From Candidatus Vogelbacteria bacterium (GTDB lineage: Bacteria > Patescibacteriota > Minisyncoccia > Phycocordibacterales > XYD1-FULL-46-19): a stretch of 64,000 nucleotides of DNA. A program made the position numbers and the translations under genes. The stretch is taken from the NCBI GenBank assembly GCA_021414225.1, contig JAIOOX010000002.1:161118-225117 (forward strand), read 5' to 3'. Shown piece after piece: positions 19,721 through 29,456 of the stretch. The stretch's first letter is position 1; each line of letters begins with the position of its first letter. Below the pieces are notes generated by a model that saw only the letters and a program-made list of their open reading frames with translations, did not search any database and had not been told where the DNA came from.

Positions 19721-20692
19721 ATGCCAGAATTCAACATCATTTTACCATCAAAACCAATCATCGTTTCAGAAAACGATAAACTTGGTGTTTACGAAATCGA
19801 AGGTTTATATCCAGGTTACGGTCATACTTTGGGTAATTCATTACGCCGAATTGTTTTGTCATCTCTACCTGGTTTTGCTGTTACTGCCGTTAAAATAGAC
19901 GGGGTAGCTCATGAATTTTCAACTATCAATGGTGTGAAAGAAGATGTTATTGCTATCATCCTTAACTTGAAAAAAGTTCGCTTCAAAGTAGTTGGAGATG
20001 AACCAGTTACTCTTCGTCTAAAAGTGACTGGACCAAAAGAAATTACTGCTGGTTTGATTGAAGCCCCTGGTAATGTGGAAATTGTTAATCCTGATCATTA
20101 TATTTGTAATTTGACAGACAAAAACGTTACTCTAGATATTGAGCTAACTATTGAAAAGGGTCTTGGTTATGTACCAAAAGAAACTCTTCAAAACGACAAA
20201 GTAGATATCGGTATGATTGCTTTGGATGCTATCTTTACTCCAATTCGTCGTGTTAGTTATGAGGTTGAACCAATGCGTGTTGGTGACCGAACTGACTACA
20301 ACAAACTTCGAATGACAATCGAAACCAATGGCGACATCACTCCTCGTGAAGCTCTAGAGAAATCTATCACTATCATGATTCACCAACTGAAAGCAGTTGT
20401 TGGCTTTAAAGAAGATGTTGATACTGTTGAAATGCCTCACCAAAGTGATTTGGAGGCAGTACCTAATGAGGATGGAGACTCAGCTAACGACGACGACGTT
20501 CTTAAAACCAGAATCGAAGACCTGGATCTATCTGTTAGAACTCTTAAAGCTCTATCCACAGCCAGTATCCGAACAGTAGGTGGCTTATCTCGTAAAAAAG
20601 AAGATGATTTATTAGAGATTCCTGGCTTAGGAGACAAAGGGGTGCAGGAAATCAAGCGATCATTGAGTAATTTTGGAATTGTGCTAAAGTAA
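19721..20692 (+). CDS. rpoA: DNA-directed RNA polymerase subunit alpha
   Basis: LYPGYGHTLGNSLRRIVLSSLPGFAVTAVKIDGVAHEFSTI, C-terminal domain with an acidic linker. Confidence 0.95.
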   Translation: MPEFNIILPSKPIIVSENDKLGVYEIEGLYPGYGHTLGNSLRRIVLSSLPGFAVTAVKIDGVAHEFSTINGVKEDVIAIILNLKKVRFKVVGDEPVTLRLKVTGPKEITAGLIEAPGNVEIVNPDHYICNLTDKNVTLDIELTIEKGLGYVPKETLQNDKVDIGMIALDAIFTPIRRVSYEVEPMRVGDRTDYNKLRMTIETNGDITPREALEKSITIMIHQLKAVVGFKEDVDTVEMPHQSDLEAVPNEDGDSANDDDVLKTRIEDLDLSVRTLKALSTASIRTVGGLSRKKEDDLLEIPGLGDKGVQEIKRSLSNFGIVLK

Positions 20693-20713
20693 TGAGGCTT
20701 TTAAATTAAGATT

Positions 20714-21064
20714 ATGAGACACCACGTAACAATCAAAAAATTAGGCCGAGAGCGAAAAGTTCGTTCTTCTTTGATGCGCAGTCTGGCTGAAGGCTTGATT
20801 TTACGTGGTAAAATCAAGACCACAGAAACCAAAGCCAAGGCTTTGCGACCTTATGTGGAGAAATTGGTGACTATTGCCAAGAAAAATACCGTCACTGCCC
20901 GTCGTCTGATAATCTCTCGTCTAGGAACTGAAAAACGAGCCGCTAAATTAGTTGACGATATTGCTCCTAAGTACAAAGACCGTAATGGTGGCTATACTAG
21001 AGTAATCAAATTGCCAGCTAGAGCAGGGGATGCTAGTCCAATGGCTTTTATCGAATTTGTATAA
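20714..21064 (+). CDS. rplQ: 50S ribosomal protein L17
   Basis: MRHHVTIKKLGRERKVRSSLMRSLAEGLILRGKIKTTETKAKALRPYVEKL. Confidence 0.95.
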   Translation: MRHHVTIKKLGRERKVRSSLMRSLAEGLILRGKIKTTETKAKALRPYVEKLVTIAKKNTVTARRLIISRLGTEKRAAKLVDDIAPKYKDRNGGYTRVIKLPARAGDASPMAFIEFV

Positions 21065-21074
21065 TTTATTGACC

Positions 21075-21419
21075 ATGAACCACACTGTTGACGCCACAAA
21101 CAAACCATTAGGCCGACTCGCTTCTGAAATAGCGGTCCTTTTGCGCGGCAAAGACAAAGCAACTTTCGAACGACATATTGATCCAAAAGTGGCTGTGGAA
21201 GTACTTAACGCTAAAGATCTAAAACTAACTGGTACTAAGCTGAATACCAAACTTTATCACCGTTACAGTGGCTACCCAGGTGGTATGAAAGAAAGAACAG
21301 CCGCTGAGGTTATCACTAAAAAAGGTTATGGTGAACTAATCAAAAAAGCTGTTAGAGGAATGCTACCTAACAATAAGTTGCGACCTTTAATGCTTAAACG
21401 CTTAACTATTAACGATTAA
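21075..21419 (+). CDS. rplM: 50S ribosomal protein L13 (start moved to the ATG at 21075; 21030 overlaps rplQ)
   Basis: MNHTVDATNKPLGRLASEIAVLLRGKDK... HRYSGYPGG. Confidence 0.9.
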   Translation: MNHTVDATNKPLGRLASEIAVLLRGKDKATFERHIDPKVAVEVLNAKDLKLTGTKLNTKLYHRYSGYPGGMKERTAAEVITKKGYGELIKKAVRGMLPNNKLRPLMLKRLTIND

Positions 21420-21427
21420 TTTTCAAT

Positions 21428-21832
21428 ATGGCTACCAAGAAAGACAATCAATATTTCGAAGCTGTCGGTCGTCGCAAGACCGCTGTTGCTCGTGTGCGCT
21501 TAACTCCTAGTACTAAAACTTCTTACGTAGTAAACGGCAAACCTTTGGCTGAATATTTCCCAACCAAAGAACTTCAAGCTTCTGTAGAGAGTTCTTTAGC
21601 TACTACTCCCAACATTCACTTTGCTGTTAGTATTAAAACAATCGGTGGGGGCGTTCACGGCCAAGCTGATGCGGCTAAACTTGGTATCGCTCGCGCTATT
21701 ATCTTAACTGACAGCGAACTACGAACCACTCTTAAACAAGCTAAACTTTTGACCCGTGACCCTCGTGCTAAAGAACGACGTAAGTTCGGTCTCAAAAAAG
21801 CCCGCAAGTCTCCACAGTGGAGTAAGCGCTAA
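21428..21832 (+). CDS. rpsI: 30S ribosomal protein S9; the last 6 codons overlap the prophage attachment core
   Basis: GRRKTAVARVRL... C-terminal RKFGLKKARKSPQWSKR. Confidence 0.95.
   Translation: MATKKDNQYFEAVGRRKTAVARVRLTPSTKTSYVVNGKPLAEYFPTKELQASVESSLATTPNIHFAVSIKTIGGGVHGQADAAKLGIARAIILTDSELRTTLKQAKLLTRDPRAKERRKFGLKKARKSPQWSKR
21815..21832 (+). repeat. attL core region: CAGTGGAGTAAGCGCTAA (rpsI codons PQWSKR plus stop)
   Basis: Shares the 11-bp identity TGGAGTAAGCG with 58231-58241. Flanks diverge on both sides. Confidence 0.75.
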
Positions 21833-21866
21833 TCCGGAGATCGTAAGTAAAAGCGCTGGACGCACC

Positions 21867-21887
21867 CCTCAGTGGTCAAAGCGCTAA
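21867..21887 (+). repeat. second, synonymously recoded copy of the rpsI 3' end (CCTCAGTGGTCAAAGCGCTAA = PQWSKR plus stop)
   Basis: Encodes the same amino acids as the rpsI 3' end but with different Ser and Lys codons, 35 bp downstream of the real rpsI stop. Confidence 0.6.
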
Positions 21888-21935
21888 CCCTTCGGTCCAA
21901 AGAAGGCTACCTAGATTAAAGAATGAATACGGAAA

Positions 21936-21966
21936 GACACCCGACACCATCGGGTGTCTTTTCTAT
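21936..21966 (+). terminator. rho-independent terminator (element-supplied) after the reconstituted rpsI
   Basis: GACACCCGA-CACCA-TCGGGTGTC then TTTTCTATTTT. Confidence 0.6.
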
Positions 21967-22227
21967 TTTGTGGTCAGTAAATCGACCACAGATCACTTGG
22001 CTTAGCCAGAGATGATTGCGGTCGGCTTACTGCTGGTCGTGGCAGTACGGTCCAATTATCAGCTAATAAACGTGATCTATGAATACATATACACCCATAA
22101 GGCGGCTCTACGCCTGGGTCGGATTCATTACCTTGGTCTTTCTGGCGACTAAGGCGGTTATCTGGCTCTTTGTAGCGCATCAAGTCCTTGCACTGTACGG
22201 GTATTGAGTTAGCTCATCACACCCACT

Positions 22228-22767
22228 ATGCAAGAAGAAAAAAAGCAAAACTTGATACCCAATAGTACGCAGGTCCCAAACTTGATTCTGGATTTGCTGA
22301 TCCCTCAAATTCCCGAGGGAGAAGCGCGCTGTCTTTTATACATATGCCGCCGGACATTCGGTTTTCATAAGGAAGAAGACAACATCAGTTTTACACAATT
22401 TCAAAACGGCATCAGAACAAGCCAGGGAAGATTGCTCGACTTGGGTACAGGAATGTCTCGACCAGCGGTTAATAACGCACTCCAAAACTTAAAAAAGGCG
22501 GAGGTAATTTTCGTGCAAAAAAGATCGATGGGGAATCGATACCGACTCAATCTTGAAATAGATGTGGATAAAGTAGTAAACGTAATTAACCAGTTAAGAA
22601 AGTTAACTGGAAGTGGTAAACGAAGATTACCAAAAGTAGTTAACGAAGTTAACACACAAAACCTAGTGAAAAAAGAGAAACCTAGTATTAGGGACCCTGT
22701 GAATAAGTTATCCACAGAAATGAGAGAACTCACGAAAAAGATGACCATTAATCGCTTCAATCACTAA
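22228..22767 (+). CDS. phage replisome-organizer-like wHTH protein (DnaD-like N-domain)
   Basis: EARCLLYICRRTFGFHKEEDNISFTQFQNGIRTSQGRLLDLGTGMSRPAVNNALQNLKKAEVI matches the Phage_rep_org_N pattern recalled from memory. Confidence 0.5.
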   Translation: MQEEKKQNLIPNSTQVPNLILDLLIPQIPEGEARCLLYICRRTFGFHKEEDNISFTQFQNGIRTSQGRLLDLGTGMSRPAVNNALQNLKKAEVIFVQKRSMGNRYRLNLEIDVDKVVNVINQLRKLTGSGKRRLPKVVNEVNTQNLVKKEKPSIRDPVNKLSTEMRELTKKMTINRFNH

Positions 22768-22798
22768 CAATAAAAATGAAAATAAATCCAAATACCAA

Positions 22799-24046
22799 AT
22801 GCACCTTGAAAGGTCGAAATTATCAGACAGTAATCATTATCGACTAATGAAATATCTTAGCCTGTTTTCCGGTATAGGCGGATTCGAGCTAGGAATTCTT
22901 AACGCGCATGTGGAAGCAACTCACAGAAAGGCGATCGGAGCAGGCAAAGCAACTGAGAAGACTCGGGGTGGTAAAAGATACTCGGAGTCTGAAGGTTCTG
23001 GTCCCAAGGGACGACGAGCTCGCCAACACGATCACTTCGGCGGCTCACGACAAGAACCGCTTACTTGCGTGGGTTACTCAGAAATCGACAAGTACGCCGT
23101 TGAGATTTACCAAAAGCGATTCCCCGAACATAAAAATTATGGAGACATCACAAAAATCAAACCAAGTAAGCTCCCCGACTTCGATCTATTGGTCGGAGGA
23201 TTTCCGTGCCAGGCTTTCTCGATTGCTGGAAAAAGGAAAGGCTTCAAAGACACCAGAGGTACGCTCTTTTTTGACATCGCACGCATTCTCAGAAGTAAGA
23301 AGCCAAGGCTTTTCCTTTTGGAGAACGTCAAAGGACTGCTATCTCATGACAGTGGCAATACTTTTAAGACCATTATCTCCACGCTTGCAAAATTGGGGTA
23401 CGACATTCAGTGGCAGGTGCTTAACTCTAAGAATTTCGGAGTCCCTCAGAATCGGGAGCGAGTGTTCATTATTGGACATCTTAGAGGAACAACCCGACCA
23501 AAAGTATTTCCTTTCACCGAAAACAACAGCGAGAATATTGTCCTACCAACCATCACGACACGAGTTACCGCCGACTCAAACGGAACTTATGTTGGTAAAA
23601 GATCGCCACGTCAAATAATCGGGTCCAGAAGCCAAGGCGACAGAGTGTATGACCCAAGTGGGATTTCGGTCACTCTGGCGTCCCAGGCAGGCGGTCTGGG
23701 GGCAAAAACAGGCTTGTATGCGGTGAAGATCAAGGAAGCAACAAAGAAGGGTTATGCCGAAGCTAGACCTGGTCAGGCAATAAATCTGGCGGTCCCGAAT
23801 AGCAAGACAAGACGAGGGCGAGTAAGTGATGTGGCACAGACATTGGATACAGGAATGCAGCAACATACGCTGACTCCTGACATGAAAATCCGCAGACTCA
23901 CTCCAAGAGAATGTGAACGACTCCAAGGCTTTCCGGATGGGTGGACGGATGGCGTGAGTGATTCGCAGAAATATAAAACCTTGGGCAATGCGGTGACAGT
24001 CAATGTGGTCGAAGTGATTATCAGAAAAATAATCTCCTCACTTTGA
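22799..24046 (+). CDS. DNA cytosine-5 methyltransferase (start probably at MKYLSLFSGIGG, ~22847)
   Basis: Motif I LFSGIGGFELG, motif IV GGFPCQAFSIAGKRKG, motif VI ENVKGL, QNRERVFIIG, C-terminal TLGNAVTVNVV. Unusual basic, Gly-rich insert between motifs I and II. Confidence 0.85.
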   Translation: MHLERSKLSDSNHYRLMKYLSLFSGIGGFELGILNAHVEATHRKAIGAGKATEKTRGGKRYSESEGSGPKGRRARQHDHFGGSRQEPLTCVGYSEIDKYAVEIYQKRFPEHKNYGDITKIKPSKLPDFDLLVGGFPCQAFSIAGKRKGFKDTRGTLFFDIARILRSKKPRLFLLENVKGLLSHDSGNTFKTIISTLAKLGYDIQWQVLNSKNFGVPQNRERVFIIGHLRGTTRPKVFPFTENNSENIVLPTITTRVTADSNGTYVGKRSPRQIIGSRSQGDRVYDPSGISVTLASQAGGLGAKTGLYAVKIKEATKKGYAEARPGQAINLAVPNSKTRRGRVSDVAQTLDTGMQQHTLTPDMKIRRLTPRECERLQGFPDGWTDGVSDSQKYKTLGNAVTVNVVEVIIRKIISSL

Positions 24047-24050
24047 TGCC

Positions 24051-24431
24051 ATGCAAAACATTAATAATCCTCGACACAAACTGGTCCCGCAACAGGTTCA
24101 AGAATTGCAAAGGCTTTTCGAAGATGAGGGGTGGAGACTTAATTGGCTCTCAGTCTTCTTCAAGGTTCACCGCAGCTCGATAATCTTTCACATTCGATTC
24201 AATGGCTGGGTCCGGCGCATGAAAGTGCTCAGACACATGCCAAAGGAGATTGCTGAAATATATCGCTTGAGAAGAAAACAGAAATACGAGAATAAATTCA
24301 GAGGGTCCTACGATTACATCAAGCGGTCGGCCGAGCAGAACAAGATGAACAGTTGCGTACATATCAGATGGGTCAAACGATGCAGTCTCTGTGGCGAAAT
24401 CTTAGGATCAGATGCCACACATAATCATTAA
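24051..24431 (+). CDS. hypothetical phage protein
   Basis: ORF only. Cys/His-containing C-terminus but no clear HNH motif. Confidence 0.35.
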   Translation: MQNINNPRHKLVPQQVQELQRLFEDEGWRLNWLSVFFKVHRSSIIFHIRFNGWVRRMKVLRHMPKEIAEIYRLRRKQKYENKFRGSYDYIKRSAEQNKMNSCVHIRWVKRCSLCGEILGSDATHNH

Positions 24432-24442
24432 TTAAAATATTT

Positions 24443-24850
24443 ATGAAAAAAGAAAAAATAAAAACAGAAGTAAAACATACACCAAACCCCATCAACCTAT
24501 CAGCTCGCTTTCTGACCGCCCGCCCTGATCTCGTGAGTGCGTGGATTATCGGGGCTCATAGTCTCATTGGAATATTTAAGTCTGAGCATAAAGAAGCATT
24601 AATCGCATATCTTGAGACGGTCCAAGGAGAATTCTTTGCGGCACTCCGCCATCATTGGGAGAAGAAATATCCGGATCAGAAGCTCACCTATACCTTCGGC
24701 ACGATTTGTCGAAATCGAAAAGGTGTAGAACGACTCGTCATCGGTATTCAGCCGACAGAAAAGAAAAAACCAACCTACGAGTACATTGATGACGACGGCA
24801 AGGTCGGCGCCTGCAACGAGTCGAGCATGGTGGGCTGGATGGAGAAATAA
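24443..24850 (+). CDS. hypothetical phage protein
   Basis: ORF only. Confidence 0.35.
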   Translation: MKKEKIKTEVKHTPNPINLSARFLTARPDLVSAWIIGAHSLIGIFKSEHKEALIAYLETVQGEFFAALRHHWEKKYPDQKLTYTFGTICRNRKGVERLVIGIQPTEKKKPTYEYIDDDGKVGACNESSMVGWMEK

Positions 24851-24858
24851 AACTTAGC

Positions 24859-25488
24859 ATGAGTGAGAAATTGCAAAAAAGAGAACCTTATCGACCACTT
24901 TCGATCCCTGAAAAGGATCTCTTGTTTGCCTTTTACGATAAGCACAATGGGAACATGATTGCGATGTCTCGTGACAGAGAGTCCCAATTTAAGGCCTACA
25001 GCCAAATAAAATACTATTGCGCCTTCTATCATTTTCACGAACGCTACAGCCAAATAAAGCTAGAAAGAGCCACAAAACTAATCGATTCTCTCAAGGATTC
25101 AAAGATTCTAGCCATTCAGCAGGCTATACACCTCATCGAAACACGCCAAATTCCTCTCAAGAATAAGCAAGGAGACCTGATATTGGATGCTGATGGCCAG
25201 CCCATGTTTTACTCCCTTGGTCCCGACCATAAGGAAATAGAGATGGCCTGGAAGATTATCAAGACCGAATTGGGTGAGCCTACAACAATCGGTAAGCACG
25301 ATCACACCTCAAAAGGTGAGCGTATGAGAGGTTTATTCGATTTCAACGAGAAAGAGGCTGAGGATCATGAGTCGATATTTAAACGAGATGATAAACAAAC
25401 AACCGACAACAACATTAAAACCAGTGACAGCGGAGGGGTTAAAGACTCTCAGGATGGCACGGAAGGAGGCGCGTACGAAACACGCTAA
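24859..25488 (+). CDS. possible terminase small subunit (assigned by position only)
   Basis: 209-aa ORF immediately upstream of, and overlapping, terL. No motif recognised. Confidence 0.3.
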   Translation: MSEKLQKREPYRPLSIPEKDLLFAFYDKHNGNMIAMSRDRESQFKAYSQIKYYCAFYHFHERYSQIKLERATKLIDSLKDSKILAIQQAIHLIETRQIPLKNKQGDLILDADGQPMFYSLGPDHKEIEMAWKIIKTELGEPTTIGKHDHTSKGERMRGLFDFNEKEAEDHESIFKRDDKQTTDNNIKTSDSGGVKDSQDGTEGGAYETR

Positions 25489-27067
25489 AGAACATTTCGG
25501 ATACTTCCTCGCATACTATCTGCCACATTATGTTCGTAGTGAATTTGCTCCGTATCACTACGATATGATGGGTGACTTTCATGATCTCGTCGAATTAAAG
25601 ATCAATGAGCTTGCATGGTTTATGTATCGAGAAAGTGCGAAAACAAGTTTTGCAAAGGGTGGCATTTTATATCTCCTTGCATATGGTTTGGCTGAATATC
25701 CAAATGTCGATTCTCTTGATGGTGATAATAGCGAAAGAATTCTCTATGACGTTACTTGGGAGCTGCAAACCAATAAGCGATTCATTGACGATTTCGGAGA
25801 GCTTCATGTAGGTAAAAGGACGCAAGACCAAGTCAGTCAAAAAAGAGTATCGAACTTTGTCACTAACCCTTTGTTCGATGAGAAGGGAAATATTCTTAGA
25901 ATAGGAGCTCGTGTAGAAGCTCACACAACGAATGAAGATGCTAGAGGATTCCAACACAATAGCAAACGTCCAGACTTTCTGTTACTCGATGACTTTGAGA
26001 CAAAGAAAAGTGTACGCAGTGAAGTCATGACGAAATCAGTTCGAGATCACATCGGAGAATTCAAAGGAGGTATCGCCAGTGAAGCTCAAAGAATTCTTTA
26101 TCTTGGGAACTACTTCAGCGAGTATGGAAATATTCAAAGCATCATTAATCGGGCAGATCATGATCCGAAACTTAGAGTACGAATCGTACCTATCTGCCAA
26201 GGAACACTTGGAGATTTATATGACCCTACGTGGCCTCAGCGTTGGGTACTGACTGATAAAGAAGCAGAGAATACTGCTAAAGCCAGCATCGAATCGAAAC
26301 AGCGAAGTATGTGGACACCTGAAGAAGGTGACACTGACTTCCAGGCTGAAATGCTCTGTCAGCCAATCGATGAGACCAAAACGATATTCAAGCGTGAATG
26401 GTATATGCCGATTACATGGGATGCGCTTATGCAAAAGAAACTTGCTGTGTATGTGACTATCGATACTCCAAGTAGGAAGGAAGATGGCGGAGTCAGCAAG
26501 GACGGAGACTTCGTAGGAATCTGTGTGAATTGGGTCGACAGAGAAGGCAAATGGCATCTCAAAGCTTGGAGAGAAAAGCTTGGTCCCACTGCCATCATCG
26601 AGAAGATGTTCGGAGTCTATAACTTCTTGATTCAAGCGGGTACTCCACCGATCAAGTTTGGATGGGAAGATACCGCATTTACTCGAGGGCTTGAACCGAT
26701 GCTTAGACATGAACAGAGAATGCGACAAATATTCTTACCTCTCATGTGGCTCAAACACGAGGGCAGATCAAAGCAAGACCGAATTCGTACCGGATTACTC
26801 TATCGATACGAAACTCGAAGCATCTACCATCTCGAAAGCGAATGCAGAGACCTTGAAAACGAGCTAGTTCGCTTTCCTGATGCAGAACATGATGACACAA
26901 GCGATGCTACGGCATATCAAAGCGACATTGCACGTCCTGCTGGAGTAGAGAAACCGAGAGACCCTAGACCAGAAAGGGTAATGGAGACTCCTTATGGCAA
27001 GGTAAAGCCTGCATACGAGGATGAATTGGTCGATGAAGGTCCTCAATACCCTGACATTGGCATCTAA
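25367..27067 (+). CDS. terL: terminase large subunit (start possibly the ATG at 25454)
   Basis: C-terminal RNaseH-like nuclease: DGDFVGICVNWVDREGKWHL... and ELVRFPDAEHDDTSDATAYQ. The N-terminal ATPase region is present. 566 aa. Confidence 0.8.
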   Translation: MSRYLNEMINKQPTTTLKPVTAEGLKTLRMARKEARTKHAKEHFGYFLAYYLPHYVRSEFAPYHYDMMGDFHDLVELKINELAWFMYRESAKTSFAKGGILYLLAYGLAEYPNVDSLDGDNSERILYDVTWELQTNKRFIDDFGELHVGKRTQDQVSQKRVSNFVTNPLFDEKGNILRIGARVEAHTTNEDARGFQHNSKRPDFLLLDDFETKKSVRSEVMTKSVRDHIGEFKGGIASEAQRILYLGNYFSEYGNIQSIINRADHDPKLRVRIVPICQGTLGDLYDPTWPQRWVLTDKEAENTAKASIESKQRSMWTPEEGDTDFQAEMLCQPIDETKTIFKREWYMPITWDALMQKKLAVYVTIDTPSRKEDGGVSKDGDFVGICVNWVDREGKWHLKAWREKLGPTAIIEKMFGVYNFLIQAGTPPIKFGWEDTAFTRGLEPMLRHEQRMRQIFLPLMWLKHEGRSKQDRIRTGLLYRYETRSIYHLESECRDLENELVRFPDAEHDDTSDATAYQSDIARPAGVEKPRDPRPERVMETPYGKVKPAYEDELVDEGPQYPDIGI

Positions 27068-27072
27068 AGAAA

Positions 27073-27100
27073 AAGTAATGCACGCAATTTTGCAATTTTC
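27073..27100 (+). promoter_or_regulatory. conserved dyad motif copy 1 (AAGTAATGCACGCAATTTTGCAATTTTC), upstream of portal
   Basis: One of four near-identical copies at heads of virion/lysis gene blocks. ATGGCA start 22 nt downstream. Confidence 0.6.
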
Positions 27101-27121
27101 GAGCATCATACTGAACTCAAT

Positions 27122-29131
27122 ATGGCATTAGCCCACTATAAAAAACGAGACACACTTTCATCTCAATCTCTCAAAGAGATCGACTACTCGTATCGATACA
27201 AGAAAGCTCGAATGAGCTCGTGGAACAAGAACGAGGACATGATGAATCCTGATCGGGTAAGTCCCTCGGTTGTTTCTCCATATGGAGGCAATACTTTCCA
27301 ACAAGCGGGTGATACCCGAGCTCAAGTGCCTCTCTACAAGATGCACGGATTCGTACACACGATTCTCTCGAAGATAGATAGTCCTCTCACATTCAAATAC
27401 ATAAAAGGTGAGTCAGCAGATTTGAAGAAGGCAAAGCTGATGAACGCAATCAAGGAGAAAGATTCTAAAACTGGAAGGTGGAATTTCAAAGACTTGATGG
27501 GTAAGCGAGATGCTGCTATTTATGGCAGAACAATTTATCTGTACATGACTCGAAATGATAAGGGAGCGTACAAGAGTCTCCTCAATCTCATTGATCCAAA
27601 AGACTTTCTCATCGACCCTGACGTAGGTGGTCTATGCACTGAAGAAGAAGACGGGAGCGGAGTTGAGAAAGCCCTGTATCTCGGATGGTGGAATACAAAG
27701 CTCACTCGTGCTCAGCTTACACAAGGAGTCAAGGATGGAATTTATTACAAAAAGGTTGTCGAGGATTTGCTTGAGGGTGGAGGTAACAATACAACCAAAA
27801 CTCAACAGGATATCGATAAGGACAATCGAAAGATGAGCGGAGCTCCTCGAGAGCGTTTCAAGAATGAGAATCAATTTATTTTCTATACATGGATTACTAC
27901 TGACGAGAACGATGATCGGTATTACTTGGTTCTGACTCCATCTGGTGATTGTATTCGGTGTGAGAAATGGGTAGACATACGAAAGAGCGGAAAATATCCG
28001 ATATGGACATGGGCAGCTTTCCCCGACCCTCGAGAATTCTGGACACCCTCATACTGTGATTACGCACGGGGCATCTTTATGGCTCAGGAAAAGAGTATCA
28101 ATCAGTCACTTGATAACTCAGAGCAAATCAATCGTCCTCAAACTGCGGTAAACGTAGACTATGTACGTAATCTTGCTCAAGTTAGATATCGAAAGGACGG
28201 CTACATCGAGATTGAGGGAAATATTGATGTGAACAAAGTGCTTCAAACACGTCAGACTCCGCCGATTCAAGGTCCGTTCATGGTGTATGACAAACTAGAA
28301 ACGATTGTCGAGGGTGAAAGCGGTGTGACGGCAGGGGTTAAAGGAGTAGGAAATGAAGATACTCTAGGAATTTACGAAGGAAATATTGCACAAGCAGGTG
28401 ATCGTTTCGGACTCTTGAATAAGAGCTATGCCGAAGGCTACTATCGATTTGCAGTTCTACATAAAGAGGGAGTGATGCAAGATTTGAAGAAGAAAACAGC
28501 TGTCCAGATTCTCGGTCCTATGGGTCTTGAGATAGAAATGGTCACATCTCGAGATTTAAAGCCGTACCAAAACGATTATGACATTCTTGTTGAATCAAGT
28601 AGCGCTGAAGCACAAAACAATGCAGCAGAAAGCAAGAATAAAATAACATTTCTCAGTGAATACAAAGGAGATCAAACAATCAATCAGAAAGTTTTATTTG
28701 AAACACAAGCGGCTATCGCAGGCGTTGATGATGACACAGTTAAAAGACTACTCGATACGAGTGATTACGATGCAATCGAAGTCGTAGCACAAGCAGATGA
28801 AGCATTCCAACTAATTATTGGTGGTCATAAAGCTCCTCTCTACAAAGATGCAAACACTGCATTCCTACAAAGACTCCATGATCTATCCGATAAATACGAC
28901 CATGAGCTTACTTCCGAACAACACAGTGCCGTATTTGCCTACATCGAGCAAATAACACCAGTTGTAGAGCAGAACGCAGCACGTTCGGTTGTAGCTCAGG
29001 CAGCAAAGCAAGGCATGATCAGCGGTCCTGGTGGTGCGGTCGATATTACACCCACAGACGACAAGATTGATCCTGCCATGCGAGGTGATCCTGTGGCAGA
29101 AGCGGCAAAAACCGCAACATTAACAAAATAA
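27122..29131 (+). CDS. putative portal protein (assigned by position and size)
   Basis: 669 aa directly after terL. No motif verified. Confidence 0.45.
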   Translation: MALAHYKKRDTLSSQSLKEIDYSYRYKKARMSSWNKNEDMMNPDRVSPSVVSPYGGNTFQQAGDTRAQVPLYKMHGFVHTILSKIDSPLTFKYIKGESADLKKAKLMNAIKEKDSKTGRWNFKDLMGKRDAAIYGRTIYLYMTRNDKGAYKSLLNLIDPKDFLIDPDVGGLCTEEEDGSGVEKALYLGWWNTKLTRAQLTQGVKDGIYYKKVVEDLLEGGGNNTTKTQQDIDKDNRKMSGAPRERFKNENQFIFYTWITTDENDDRYYLVLTPSGDCIRCEKWVDIRKSGKYPIWTWAAFPDPREFWTPSYCDYARGIFMAQEKSINQSLDNSEQINRPQTAVNVDYVRNLAQVRYRKDGYIEIEGNIDVNKVLQTRQTPPIQGPFMVYDKLETIVEGESGVTAGVKGVGNEDTLGIYEGNIAQAGDRFGLLNKSYAEGYYRFAVLHKEGVMQDLKKKTAVQILGPMGLEIEMVTSRDLKPYQNDYDILVESSSAEAQNNAAESKNKITFLSEYKGDQTINQKVLFETQAAIAGVDDDTVKRLLDTSDYDAIEVVAQADEAFQLIIGGHKAPLYKDANTAFLQRLHDLSDKYDHELTSEQHSAVFAYIEQITPVVEQNAARSVVAQAAKQGMISGPGGAVDITPTDDKIDPAMRGDPVAEAAKTATLTK

Positions 29132-29144
29132 TCAATATAAATTT

Positions 29145-29456
29145 ATGTCTGAATCAAACAATGTGAAATTCGTAGAAGCTAATGGCAAGTGGTTATGGAA
29201 GCGATATAGCGCCGAAGGGTCGGTTATTTCTCGCAGCCAATTATTCGATACCGAAAGAGAAGCTCGAGAGGATTATCAGGCACATGGGAATGAGGGACAA
29301 ACCACAGCTCCGTCACAGCCAGATAACACTCAAGCATCAGAGCCTACAGCTCCAAGTGTCGACTCACCTAATGATGTCGGCAATGTTGCTCCTGAGGGAG
29401 AAGTAAATGCCGGTACAGCATCTCCAGCAGACTCAGAAGCTGGCCTGGTATCGTAA
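29145..29456 (+). CDS. hypothetical acidic protein
   Basis: ORF only. Overlaps the next ORF by 50 nt. Confidence 0.3.
   Translation: MSESNNVKFVEANGKWLWKRYSAEGSVISRSQLFDTEREAREDYQAHGNEGQTTAPSQPDNTQASEPTAPSVDSPNDVGNVAPEGEVNAGTASPADSEAGLVS

Noticed and set aside
21974-22183. 69-aa minus-strand ORF in the att-proximal region of the prophage
   Set aside because: No RBS, no recognisable fold. It lies in a GC-richer, non-coding-looking stretch that is more plausibly the P' arm of the attachment region.
22908-23618. Alternative-frame ORFs inside confident genes (22908-23618 in Dcm, 32193-32654 at the capsid gene end, 40160-40615 in the glycine-rich protein, 12152-12412 and 12436-12696 in mnmA)
   Set aside because: The host frames carry recognisable motifs (the Dcm motifs I/IV/VI, the mnmA PP-loop), and the overlapping ORFs give low-complexity products typical of off-frame translation.
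24051-24431. HNH endonuclease call for the 126-aa ORF upstream of the terminase region
   Set aside because: It contains CSLCGE and several His residues but not the ordered CxxC...HN...H...CxxC pattern of phage HNH proteins, so the assignment was dropped.
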